DNA of 64,000 nt, taken from positions 3,286,001 through 3,350,000 of the forward strand of contig OZ038378.1 of the NCBI GenBank assembly GCA_964036045.1, given 5' to 3'. The notes beneath the pieces are model-generated. The model did not search any database. It worked only from the letters and a program-made list of their open reading frames with translations, and had not been told where the DNA came from. This stretch comes from Eutreptiella sp. 'Long Island Sound 2002'. Its lineage: Eukaryota > Protista > Euglenida. Made by a program: the position numbers and the translations under genes. Shown in pieces: positions 50,333 through 62,347 of the stretch. The stretch's first letter is position 1; the number at the start of each line of letters is the position of its first letter.

Positions 50333-51072
50333 AGGACGGAGGGGGGAGCCTCTTGTCATACAGGGCGGCAGCTCTCCAGAAACCCGCGCGACTTGCCCCT
50401 TGGGTGAGTTTGGGGGCTGGAATGGGTAGAAGCCCCATGGACTATTGCTCCTAAATATGATTTCCTCCCTGTGAATTGCCTTGCACATATTCCACGTGGC
50501 ACAGAAGCACAACCAAATCATGCCCCCCCCCTCCAAGTTCCCATTGCGTTATGCAACAGTTATTTCCATGGGTCCTGTAGACACCCACATCGAGCACAAA
50601 ATTCAGCATCAAATTGCCAAAAGCATCTACACTTCTAACACTTGTAAGTTTCACTTCCGGGGCACCGCAGACGCCATAGGGGCAGCACTCTTCGGGCAGA
50701 CTTCAGGGTCAACAGGGTGTCGATGGGGTATATGAACAGAAAGGCGTAGCTCCACACCCTGTAAGAAAGAGACGCCAGGGGAAGTCTTGCACGCAAAAAA
50801 AAAAGCACGCACACACACAGCCATCACAATTGCAAGACACACAGGGGGGATGGGGGATTATGCAATGAAATGGAAAATCAGAAAATATGCGGTAAAAAAA
50901 TGCCCACATTGTCGCGCAATGAATGCTGCGCATGTGTGCTTGTGCCTTCCATTGAAAAAAAATACCACTCCGGCGCTCCACTAGAGGTGGGGAGCATAAT
51001 GAGAAACAGATTTGCATCCCTGAATGCAGAAGGTCGCTGGGTCTCCCACCAGTCAACCAAGCCCTATGGGCT

Positions 51073-51406
51073 TTAAATATCAGGCTTTTCGGTGCATGTG
51101 TAGATGTTCCAATCTTCCTGCACATTTGGGGTGTCCTTGCACAGCGCGCACAACGCGTATATGACAGGAGCAAAATGGGCAGTGTTGCTACAATTGGCAA
51201 TATTCTTGCCTATACACACCATACTACACCCCCATCCTGTGCATGTCTTGCTCGTCATAATTTTGTGGTGCGGGGGCCTTAGGCCGTGTGTCATGCTTGT
51301 CGTAGTGCAAGCAAGCCATTTGGCATCCATTCTTTCCGCAAATGTAGCAAGGGCTGCCAATCAACTTCTTGGGCTCTAGGCTCTTCTTGGATTTCTTCGG
51401 AGGCAT
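51073..51406 (-). pseudogene. Small Cys-rich ORF (MPPKKSKK...CYICGKNGC...[frame change in G5]...CSMVCIGKNIANC...LCALC)
   Basis: Acceptor ccctttcaattttgtttattAG lies 2 nt before the ATG. The downstream core is homologous to ~3855-3960 and ~53965-54075; a frame change falls at the 5-G run near 51230. Confidence 0.45.
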
Positions 51407-53964
51407 GTCTAATAAACAAAATTGAAAGGGATGGTGGAGGCACACGAAGGAGGTGAAAGACGAGACACAGCAAGCAACTTCACAACTACGCTTGGTACAC
51501 AACCCATCGGTGCATGCTCCCGTCGCGCTGCAAGGAATGCTTTCCTGGTTGCCTACTCCCATGTAAGTTGTTAGCCCTGTTTTGGTTGCATGCTTCATCT
51601 TGAAAAAGAAAATGAAACGCACCAAAAATGAGGGCAAAGCATGCAAGCAACACAAATGCGTAGCAAGGCTCATTGCTACTTGTACTAGGACTATGCAGCT
51701 TGGGTATGGTCCTGTGCAAACATTGTGCATAGTGTGCAAGACGCACCCATTTGCAATAGATTCAAGGCCCGACAAAGGAACACCCACCAATGAAGTGGAC
51801 ATGCCAACGAGACTGCCACGATTCAATACACGCATGTACCTTAAAAACCCAAGCCGTGTTGTGTCTATAAGGGAAGCATGGAGCAGAATAGGGGAGGATT
51901 ACAGTGACGGATCTTACGAAATTTTTCCATGTTGTTGGCCAATTCCCTTCCCTGTTGTTGTCCAAAAGAGGGTAGAAGCCGAAGCTAGGGGTGTTGGAGG
52001 GGGTGGCCCAAGCGGGGAGGGGAGGTGAGGAACTTAGAGGTTTCAATTTCGATTCCCACCCTGCTCTCTTGGACCCCTTGGGTGCGTGGGTGTCTCTCCT
52101 CCTAAGAAGGCAAGTGTAGTATAGCCACTTATGGTTTTGTCCCTTTTTCTCCGGACCTCGAGGACGCAGTTACATAGCAATTCCACCCACTTGTGGGCCC
52201 CGAAGAATTTATGCAGCCACTTGTGATTTTGTCCCCTATTTTGGGAGACCCTTGGTAGTGACCCGTGGCATAGACACTTGGTAGTGGCCTTTGGCAATGA
52301 ACCTTGGCAGTGACCCTTACTGATCAGCCGGGCGATTCTCTAACTGGGTTGTTGTCCCAGGTGGGCGGTTGTGCTAGGCGGGCGGTTGTCTCAACCGGGT
52401 GATTGTCCTAGCTGGGCGAATTGCAAATACCCCCGCTGTGGTGCTCAAACACATATTCATCATCATTTGTCATCTTGAAGCGGCCCAAGGCAATGCGTGG
52501 CAATCAAACACACGGAAGGAAGGTAGAACTTACAAAAGGTCACTTTCAAGGCTAAGTTTGGGCATTTTTGACCCTTTCCTTTTGGGAACTTGCATGGGCT
52601 AATAAAGGTCAAAAATAGCTCAAAATAGCCTGAAACCACCTATGAACATTTGGAAGCCATTTTTGCACCACCAACACCGGTTGATGCCTCATTGGCACCA
52701 ATGAGTGGTGCACAGCGCAGTTGTTTGGTAGAGGTTAGCAGGGTCATTGAGGGGTCAAAAAGTGGTCCAAAATTTTTCCAAAGTTATTCCAAGACGGCTC
52801 GGGGTGCTGAAACAAGTGGCTGAAGGCGGTTTTGGATCCGTAATGCCCAATGCAAGTTCCCAAAAAGCCGGCCTTACAAGGGACCACTTAGGACCGAAAA
52901 GGGGGCACAAACGGGTCCAAAATGCATTTTTCCAAGAAGGATCTGTTGAGCATTTTGGATGCTCAAACCGTTGGTTTGAAGGTATTTTCAGGTGCTTTCG
53001 AACTAGTTGCCCCTATTGAGCCCCTTTTACTGGTGTACTTGATGTTCCCTCCCCCACCAGCTCGCCCCCAATATTCAGTGTTGATTAGGGTTGTTGCATT
53101 GTCCATCTCTGTGGGTGCCGTGGTGCATGGAACTTGGTGAAGCGGATGACAACAGCTAACACATTTTTGGTCCTCCACATGTGCCATGGACCATGGTGCT
53201 TTTGCCTAGAAGTGTTGGGAGACAAAGGGGAAGACAGCTCGTACACTTTTTTCTCGGACCACCTGTCCAATGGATAGCTGTCACAACAGGACACGGCCTG
53301 ACTACCTGTTGAATTGCAGAGCGCATGCACACGCCGACATGGAGTGGTATATTGTACAGCAGGGGGGGGGGGGTAAGAAATACACTCAGAGGAACACACC
53401 TGTAGGCTTGGTAAGTACACGAGATGGCATCCAAACTCATGGCTAGCTGGCAAACTATTGAGCACCCATTGTGCAGGTGCACATATCCTGCTCTGTTGGG
53501 GGAGAATATTCGCAAGCCGGGCATGTGCCGGGCATCTTTTTTTGACCATTCTCCACCCGTGCCTGTTTTTGACCCCCCCTCCCCCCCTCAGCGAACAATC
53601 TGGAGTACTTTTTCGCCGTTTCTAAGAATCTGGCCCGTCCTTTGCACCCAGTTTATGATGATGGCAAGGGCGCGGAAGAAGTGGAAGGAGGCTGAAAAGG
53701 TGGTATCACAATCGGCAACAAAATGCCAAGCTCCTAGTGTCTCGGAATTATTCCGGACACTGTGGTGAGGTTGTTGAGACAACTGTGAAAAAGGTTCGCG
53801 GATATCTCAATATGGTGGTGGATGAGGTTCGATGGTCTAACCGCTTGAACCATTATAATCATAGCCCACGTGACCCACTTCACTGACTCTATGACCATTA
53901 GCTCGATGGGCGGTGGTGGCCTTGGGTGGCTTTGGGGTGGGGGTGGGGTGAAACATGAGGCTAT

Positions 53965-54075
53965 CCAACATTGTGGGGGTGTAGTATGGTCTGTACAGGC
54001 AAGAATATTGCCAATGGTGGCAAAAACCCCCAATGTCTTCTTGTCATGTGCGCGTTGTGCGCGCGCTGTGCGCAC
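53965..54075 (+). repeat. Paralog of the Cys-rich core (WGCSMVCTGKNIAN...CALCARC)
   Basis: gggggtgtagtatggt.tgta.aggcaagaatattgccaat is shared with ~51190-51232 (minus); acattgtgggggtgtagta is shared with 3854. Confidence 0.8.
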
Positions 54076-54389
54076 ACGCCCCCGGGTAGTGACATTTTGT
54101 GTTGTTAAATTCTCTTGTTTCGGCTCATACAACGTGCTTTGCGCAGAAGGTTTGTGGTCTAGTGCGGTCTACTTGGGGCACTTCCCAAGGTGAGGATAAA
54201 CTTGGGGCTAGAGTAGGATACTTAATACAAAGGTAGCGCGCCAGGCAAACATTGCCCCGTTGCCGCAAGCTTGGTGAACTTGGGTGTTGCAACCCCTTGC
54301 TGTGCAATGCTAATGACCATCATTGTCCCCTGCACAACGCCCGCCCACTGCGCAGCCACAAGTGCCATGTCTCTTGATTTTTCACCGCC

Positions 54390-54686
54390 ATGTACTTGAA
54401 AGGCGATCTCGTCTCATACGATTGCCCCACGCTTGGTCGGAGGGTTTTTGCCTCTGTGGTAGGGCCCTCATTGGCTGGACCTCAATTTCGACATATCCGG
54501 TGTTTTTATGCTATCGGCACAAGGGTTGTCAACAACCAGAATGTGCCAAATGCTGATGTGGCGCGCTTAAAGGCGGTGGTGAGTGGGTCGCCAGAGCATG
54601 TTAAGGTGTGTGCATGGGGCCCTTGGGTGAAAGAGCAGTGCACAACGGTTGTGGCAAAGAAGAGAGGTTGGATATCGCAGTTATGA
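54390..54686 (+). CDS. Small beta-rich (SH3/Tudor-like) ORF; possible GTGAGT donor after 54579
   Basis: MYLKGDLVSYDCPTLGRRVFASVVGPSLAGPQFRHIRCFYAIG..., with a pyrimidine-rich upstream region and a decayed homolog at 17341. The fold assignment is an inference. Confidence 0.45.
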   Translation: MYLKGDLVSYDCPTLGRRVFASVVGPSLAGPQFRHIRCFYAIGTRVVNNQNVPNADVARLKAVVSGSPEHVKVCAWGPWVKEQCTTVVAKKRGWISQL

Positions 54687-55253
54687 GGCACGCCAATGGG
54701 GAGGGGGGGGGGTGGCGCACGAGGAGCGGCGTTCTGTGAACGAGAGCACAATGCGCCCTCACCCTCAACTACCACCACCACCAACCTCCACCAACGACCA
54801 CCCCCAATGCACACACGGCGAGCAGACATGGCCAGGGAAGTGCAGGTGATATGCATGGCACAGAGTGACCGAGGGCGATGGCACCCCCATGAAGACACAG
54901 AATGCCATGACCTAAAGAGATTGGACTGGCGCTGAATGCACTATGTTTCGCTGTTGCAGCGTTATTGCCGCTAATGACATTTTCTTTTGCAATCCGGGAT
55001 AGGTGACCCCATAGACATGCGGTTAAAATTCGCAGGAAGGCAAAAGTTTCCACTGATGACCACCTCGCTGACCATCCAGTTTGCGGTATCTGATTCGAGA
55101 ATCACTATAATTGCCCCCCCCCCCCCCCCCCCCAAATTCCCTTTACTGCAGACCGTATTGTGTATTTTTTTGGAGTTCAGAAAAACATCGGCTGCATGTG
55201 CACCCAACCACCGGAAGGGGGGAGGTGGGGGGTTGCTCACCTGGCTGGTCTGG

Positions 55254-56099
55254 CTACCCGTAGCCCTCTCCTCCATGTGCTAACACCCCACCCGCGGTCG
55301 CGACCGCCAACCAGGCGGAGAGGAGGCACCCAAGGCTGCCAAGCTGGCAGCCAAGCCTGCGGCTGGAGAGCCCATTCCAGTGGCCCTTGTTAAGCACGTG
55401 CAGCTCTTCAAAGTCAAGTACTCGTGCCAGAAAAAGTGGCTCTAAGTGCCTCTCAGTAGCCCTGAACACATCCGAATGAACAATTTCCTGATCATTTTGT
55501 GAATCATGCGCCCTCATGTCTTGTTTCGTGTCACATGTCCATTATTATTCCCCCCGGGGGGGGGGACGGGGGGGATACCGTCACGTTGGGTATGCTCCCC
55601 CAGGGGTGTGGGGATACCGCACGCAGCCAGGTGTTTCTCAGGGGGGGGGGGGTTACCACAGAGAACCGAAGTCTGTCAGACACCTGCGGGTGGACAAATG
55701 CCTGGACACATTGAAATGTTGCCCCTCTGAGTCCAGGCAGCCCCATTCCTCACTTGTCACAGGCCTGTTTTTGCGTCGGAGGGCAAAGGCCCCAGTCGTA
55801 CCCTGAGGCATCAGCAACCCCATGTGTGTGTGTGTGTGTGTGTGTGACGAGGATTCTGACACTCGGAAACTGAGTTGTTGCCCGTTTGTCTCGCAACAGT
55901 GTGTGTGTGTGTGTGTGTGCCGAAACAGCATGCCAGAACCAATGTTACTCTATTGCAGAAAGGTGCCTAGCCTCAAACATGTCTTTTTTCTGATTGGCCT
56001 GACGAGGTGTTCGGAGACTTGTGCCCTGTGGCCTCTGCCCTGCTGTGCCGCGTATCGTCCACACTGGGTTGTTGGTCGTTGGTCATTGCTTCCCTCACG

Positions 56100-56133
<34 letters not shown>

Positions 56134-57232
56134 AACGCAATGCCAAAGACAACCCTCACTGGTTGTATTTACCGCCTCTGTTCTCTACTGGCTCCTGGCG
56201 TCTGGTCGGTGGTTGGGGTTGTGGCCCGGATTGCGTGGGTGGCGATGTGGAATGTGACGGTGCAACAGATGGGGACATGTGTGACGATGACCGCAGCGAC
56301 GGTGCTCGGGGCAGGCGGCTTTCATCTGGCGACATCCAGGCATCCTGGAGGAAACTGCCACTGCGCTTCAACGATTCCAACTCCCACCAATTCTGTCCGT
56401 CACTGGTGTTGCTGATGCTTGAGATGGGACTGCAGTTGCCCTGTGGGCAAAGGCGCAGGGCTGGGAGTGTACAGCAGGCACTGGGCTGAACACTTCAAAG
56501 CGTTGGCAAAGGCCTACAGACGGGCACTGCAGGGCCTCCCTAACTTCATAACGGGGATGGAATAGAATAGGGATGCCAATGGGTCCAGGCAAAGTCTGAC
56601 CTGGAGCGCTCCGTGTCACCTGCTCGCCATTCGGCAATGTCCATGGGAATGCGCAACCGGGTGCTTCCACCATCGGCCACAGCCCCAACCCTCACACTGC
56701 GTGTGTGCGGGAATGTGGGCACGCAGACAGGCGGGGCCGCAAGCAGGCAGGTGGGCAGGCGTGTGCGGGCGTTGCACAAATTGCGACGTTCAACTCTTGA
56801 CTATTCACAAATCAGCTGACACATGTGTTATTTATTGATTTTGTTGTGGTGGTGGCGATGATGTGTTTGTGTGTGTGGGGGGGGATCTATCATTTTTGGG
56901 AGGGAGACCAGTACAGGCTCTGTGCTTCCTTACCACACCTGCCGTCCCTTTGAAGCATGTGATTGTGTGATTGCACATTGCTTGCTCGTCTGTAGGCGCG
57001 GCACCTGAAGCCGGAATCAGCATCAGCGAAAGGTGTCTTTAGATGAGCCTTCTGTGATTGGCTAGTGACACGTTGACCTGCTTGGGTGTGTGTGTGTGTT
57101 TGTGTGTTGCTTTTGAGTCTCCTTTTTTCTTTCTTTTTTTTCGAAAGGCGCTTCTTGTTTTGTCCTGCGACCTGATGACGTGAATACACTCAGACAATTA
57201 CCAGGCGTCCCTATGGAGGGTTCCAAGCAGGG
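55254..57232 (-). CDS. Unknown multi-exon gene (candidate exons 57232-57172, 57077-57005, 56696-56601, 56429-56173, 56042-55949, 55764-55684, 55461-?); ends not defined
   Basis: Seven GT-AG-bounded segments have mutually compatible phases and give a stop-free S/P-rich protein (...NWWELESLKRSGSFLQDAWMSPDE...LEPLFLARVLDFEELHVL...). Sites were hand-picked, so chance is not excluded. Confidence 0.45.
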
Positions 57233-57934
57233 CTGAAGAATGTGCAAGGAAGACCTCTTTAGCGCCACACACGTACACACATACACACACCCATGCGCCT
57301 TGGTAGTGGTAACCCGTCTCCCCCTGCGCCTCAGTAGCGCCAACCCCCCCCCCCAAACAACCAAAACACGTTCGGACACACAGAGGGTTAGAATGAGCAG
57401 TGGTGAGAGGGCAATAGGCACCAGGCAAACAACCTATTACCGAGGCGTTGTGCCAACCCCCCGTGTGCCATGCCCACCAAAATGCACTAAAACCCCCATC
57501 CCCCGACCCAATGCGTCTTCCTCGCTCACTCCGCCCCCTTGAGAGACATGCCCATGTGCACGGCTAAAAGACGGTATCAGACCGTTTTTTGGAGAAGGGG
57601 GCCAAATATTGTCACTTCGTGTCCACAACATAAACATGCTGACAGTGTCTAATTCGTAGACCGTGTCTACTTGGGGCAGACAGTGTCTAAAGACTACAAA
57701 CCACCATGCCTGTGTGCCAAACCCGCGCGCCACCCCCCCCCCCCCGCAGCCAGTGTGCCTCATTAGCGCCAACACCCCCACCCCACCGTTGCGCGTTGTT
57801 AGTCCCCCCCCCCCCCCCCCGCTATGGGAAACAGATACGTGCGCACGACTCTGCGCTGATGAGCAAAGAACGGTGTTACACGACAAATGCAAAGAAAGAA
57901 GAGATCTTCAGTGACATGTCATAGGCGCCTTTCA

Positions 57935-57959
57935 CGAACAAAAATAGACACTCAGAAAG
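57935..57959 (-). other. Genomic relic of the euglenid spliced-leader exon
   Basis: The minus strand reads CTTTCTGAGTGTCTATTTTTGTTCG, 24/25 to the Euglena SL exon as recalled (ACTTTCTGAGTGTCTATTTTTTTTCG). It is followed by TGAAAG rather than a GT donor. Confidence 0.8.
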
Positions 57960-59670
57960 ACACCCCCCCCTCCCCCGCGGCGCCTCGGCAGCGCCCACCA
58001 CCCCCCCACCACCCACGGCACGCTTATCTGGCGAAACAGACGGGCAGACCTGCCCCCCCCCCTCCCCATGTGGGAGCGGACGCGAGGTCGACAAAAGTTA
58101 GCAGCTTCATTCATGTCATCACAGCCACACTTTAGCGCTGCAGCACATGCAAGCAAAAAGGTATCGTAAGAAGTTTCCCTTGAAAAAGCAGCTTGAGACC
58201 CAACACATGCACCAACACACAGACAAGAAAAATGGCGCCATGCTGACCACACATAGTCACAAAGGCAACACAGTGTACCAGCGCCGCGCTGAGCACACAC
58301 ATTGTTACAAAGCGAGCAAGAGATGTCACTACCGTGCCTACCACAGCCTGTCATACACTGCCATACATGTACAAAGAACATTAGTGGGAGCCAGACATGC
58401 CACTAGTGTCCGCCAGGGAAATTATAATTTCGATAGGAACCAGCTCAGTACCATGTGCCTGTTCTGGTTGCACCCGGAACTCAGTAGGAACCAGCTGCAC
58501 CCCATGCATATGAGAGGATTAACTAGGCAGAACAGCAAATGAAAATGCGGCCCAAGAGGCACCCCGAACAGTGTCTCAAACAATGCGGATTGATTGCCTA
58601 CCATTGGAGCCGGCAATACAGCCTCTTGATATGTTGGTGCGAACAAGGCACGCGTGCAGCCCAGTTTGCACCTCGTGTAACGAGGTGCGCAAATCTAGTG
58701 AAACACTCCTCCCACCCCATGCTCACCCTCCCTCAGGACAGGACCACATCAAAGCCTCCGGCCAACACCGAATGGGCTTACCGAGCCCCGGCCTGTTCAT
58801 CCCATACAGCATCGGGGGCTTGCCCCCGAGATGGGCACCCACCCCAGGGGGAGCAGGGCACAAGAGTTGTACATGCGAGCACAACAGGTAGAGCAGTTGT
58901 GGATCTGTGTGCTGTGGCCGGATACTTGAACAATTGGACACATGGCTCAGTTGATTTTGGATATTGACCCTGGCACTTTGAGCGTGATATCAATTTGTCT
59001 TGGGTGTCACATGTGCATGCACACATGCACCGTTCCGTCATTTTGGGCCCCGATGTTGCAGAAGACCATCCATCGCAGACGAAGAAACGACACCTGCCAC
59101 AGTTAAGCCGAACGGAGGCTACAGCAAATCCAGCAAAGAAACAGTGGCGGTTGGTGTCTCAAACCGCCAGTGGAGTCTATGTCCGCGTATGTATTGTTGA
59201 GGGCTCATTCGGATTGTGTCTCATCACCGCCAGGGCGTTGCGCATCTTGGGGCATTGTGCGTGTCTTCGGGACTATTCGATCTTGCGTCCAATTTGTTTG
59301 GGTGCCCCCCCCCCCCCCCCACGCTCTCTGTGCGGAGTCGTGGCTCAGGAAAGCCCCAGGGAGGGCCCGGGTGTTTCTGGTAGTTTCGAACGGTTTTAAC
59401 TTAAAACTTTTAAGTTTGGAAGTGGTTTTTGTGTCTGCCCTTGGGGTGTGCAGTGTGTGTGGAGGGTATGGGGTGTGGGGTGTGTGGGGTACGTCATGGC
59501 TCAGGGTCGGAAGGCTGTGGATTGAGGATTGATTGTGGAGCAGTTATGACTGATGGCGGAGGTCTGGCAGCTGGAGATGGGCCGTGGACAATTGAGGGTT
59601 GAGGGTTGAAGTTGATTGTGTGATTGGTCGTTTGGGTTCGGCAGAGTATTGTTGGGGAGGGGGGTTTGCA

Positions 59671-59887
59671 GGGATGCATTGGAAGGGGGGTGGGGTTGCC
59701 CCCCCCGCCCCCCCCTCCAAGGCGCCCAGCCTATGCCCAGCCACTGTCTCCCTGACGGCAAATGCCAGCCTCAATGGCATTTGTAACCGACAGTAACCGC
59801 CCCCAACCGCTTCGCCAACCTCCTGCAACTGCCTCTCCAACCGCCTCTGGGGCCGCCTCTGAGTCCCCTTCCCTTCGAATGCATCCC
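59671..59887 (-). mobile_element. MITE-like element copy 4 (reverse orientation)
   Basis: caGGGATGCATTGGAAGGG ... CCCTTCGAATGCATCCCtg. Confidence 0.8.
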
Positions 59888-60959
59888 TGGGGGTTTGGTA
59901 TGTGGCCAGGTTTGTGGCGAGGGTGTGGGTTGTGGGAAGGGTCTTCGGGAGGTGGGGATGTTGTGTGGTATGTGGGGAGGGAGAGTGGGGGGTCGTACCG
60001 AGAAGTACCCAGATCAGAGCATTACCAAGATTATCATGGTGGTGTGGAAGAAAGGAATGTGGTTGCTCATCATGGTATATGATTGAGCAGGAGGTATGCA
60101 GTTGCCCAATGTTATCTAAGTAGCCTCAAGGCTAGGGTTAGGATTAGGGTCATCGAGACGGAGGAAGGGTTTGGGGGATGGTTGTAGGTGTGGGGGGGTT
60201 AATATAGGCGGGGTGCTGGGGGAGTGCTTGCGGGCATGTCTCTCAGGCGAGCAACATGAGCGAGGAAGGGTTTCGAGCGGTATAGGGGGGGAAGTGGCGG
60301 GAATCGTTCTTGGTGTCTTTTCACCTCGGTTCCATATTCAATCTTGGTTAGGTCAAACTATCATCAAGACTGAATATTGGGATCGAGCTGGTGGCAGAGG
60401 GAACATCAACCACAGGGCTGAATAAGGATGTTAAACACCTTTGACCACTATCTGGCGGCTTTTGCACAAATCTAGTGGGCTTCACAACCTCTTTTTGGGC
60501 CCAACATACCGCAAAACCGGCGTTGAAAAACAACCTTTTTGCATACTTTTTCAAATTCCACCTTCCTGTGTTGTGTTTGACTTGCTCACACAAGTGGCTT
60601 AAGGCCATTTTTAGCTTTATGTGAAAAATATTCGCCAATGCAACTTCCCAAAAACCCTTGAAATGGGCAGTCTAGGAACTCACATTGCAAGGGGGTCCGG
60701 GGGGGCTGCAGGAATTTGGGCTGTCTGGGTGCCTTTTTGGGGCCCAAAATACTGCAAAATCAGCCTTGAAAAGCACGCATTTTGCCTACTTCTTCAAGTT
60801 CCACCTTCCTGTGCTATGTTTGACTGCTATGGCTTGTACAGACAAATGATGATGAAGGGATCACTTGGAACCTATTTTCATGCTGCCAACACCCTGCGAG
60901 GCCCTATTGGCAACACGGAGTGGTGGAACACCCACAGTGCACGTGCTAGGGTAGGCATG

Positions 60960-61452
60960 TAGGTTCAAAAGTGGTCCAAAATGATTTTTCCAGAAGTTGT
61001 TCCTACACCACTTGGGGTGCTGAAAGAAGCGGTTTAAGGGTATTTTGACCTACTTTTTGACCCATTTGGGTTCTTGCAATCTCCCAAAAAGGCAATTTTG
61101 GACTCACATTGCGCTACAGGGGGGCTTTGGGGGAATGCAGGGTGCGGGGTGGGGGGCTTTTGGACCGAAAAGGGGGCAAAAAAGTGTCAAAGGCCGGTTT
61201 TCCAAGAATAGTCCCAAATCACCTTGAAGAGAGGTTGTTAGATCAAGCGCAGGCGCGGGTGTGGTATACCCCCCCTTTTTTGGGGTCATTCGCGTAGCAT
61301 GATATTGGATGTCCAACCCCTTGTAAAATCATTATTTTGCCCAATAAGACAATCCCCCAGTGGATTTTTTGATTCTGAGGCCTCTATCCCCTAAAACTAG
61401 ATAACACTTTTTTGAGGGGGGGTGGGGGGGGGTGGGGGGTGGGGGTCAAAAG
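60960..61452 (+). repeat. Composite repeat: copy of the 52755-52935 family followed by a head unit of the 10560-13800 array
   Basis: aaaagtggtccaaaa..ttttcca.a.gtt.ttcc...ggggtgctgaaa.aag at 52758 and 60967; gaggttgttagatca...ccccttgtaaaatcattattttg at 61231-61340. Confidence 0.8.
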
Positions 61453-61469
61453 TTTTCGCTGAGAAGGCT

Positions 61470-61644
61470 CCAAGCAATGGGGAAACACACTTATGACCCA
61501 CCTAGCTCCGGTCGAATGGTAATGCACCCAGCTGCAGAATTTTAGGTCGGCGGTTCGAATCCTGGTCGGTGAACGCCGGCGGCTGGGTGCATTACCATTC
61601 GGCCACTGCCTACGCTGAGAGCAGTAGGTCTCCCCACTGCTTGG
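61470..61644 (+). ncRNA. tRNA-Cys-like sequence embedded in a nested foldback (not an intact tRNA)
   Basis: CT-GCA-GA loop at 61532-61538, AGGTC variable region and B box GGTTCGAATCC. Anticodon and T stems do not pair. 61510-61532 pairs with 61582-61604 (23 bp, one G-U); 61470-61486 pairs with 61628-61644 (15/17). Confidence 0.6.
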
Positions 61645-62347
61645 ACCCGTGTCTGCCACTGACAAAAAACCCAAACTGTGTGTTTCTGTCTGACTGACTG
61701 CTGGCCTGTCTAGTTGACTGATTGGCTGACTATCAGCCTCTCTTCGAGGTGCACTGCCAAGGCAATAGAATTAGTGGGATGCTCAAACCCTTTGTTTTTA
61801 CATGCACTTACATTACATTTCCCATGAAACATTCGATAGCCGCCTTGCGCAGTTACCTCAAGGCACCATTCGGGACTGGTCTGGTTTGTGCTACAGTGCA
61901 GCAAGGCAAAACAATGAACTGAGAATGGTGGCTATGTCACGGGGATATATGCGAGCTGAGTATCCGTTGCTCATGGCCCTACAATCGCCGTTAGTTGTCG
62001 CATGGTCTTGTGCGCGGCCCCTCGCCGGGTTGTTTGCGCCGCTCCACGTGCTCACCGCGGCGCACGTCACCCTCGTTGCCCCTCAAGAGCCCACCCCTAG
62101 ATCAGGCTGTCACTTCCCCCGCTCCGAAGCTTTGGTGACCCCCTCGACGGCAGGGATTATGTAGCCAATCCGCCATTCTAGTGCCTTGGTGGCACTAACA
62201 TTGGTCATGGCCCTGTCAAGACTCTTTTCTTAACCCTGATTTTGTTTCTAGTGCCAATTACACCATGTGATACTATGTTATATTGGCCGAGTCCCAACTA
62301 ATTGGTGGCCACACAGAGTACTTGGTCCTTTGTGGATTCAGCGTTCC

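Noticed and set aside
55315-55445. Plus-strand exon EEAPKAAKLAAKPAAGEPIPVALVKHVQLFKVKYSCQKKWL
   Set aside because: Looks protein-like, but it is antisense to a candidate minus-strand exon and has no compatible upstream exon; probably an antisense shadow. RNA-seq strand data would decide.
56416-56565. SWIM-like plus-strand ORF (WDCSCPVGKG...SRHWAEHFKAL)
   Set aside because: Lacks the third Cys, has no start or acceptor, and overlaps the better-supported minus-strand model.
60132-60150. Telomeric repeat tract (tagggttaggattaggg)
   Set aside because: Fewer than three perfect TTAGGG units; not evidence of a chromosome end.
61495-61571. Functional tRNA-Cys gene
   Set aside because: The anticodon stem (cccag/atttt) and T stem (ggcgg/cctgg) do not pair; kept only as a tRNA-derived foldback.
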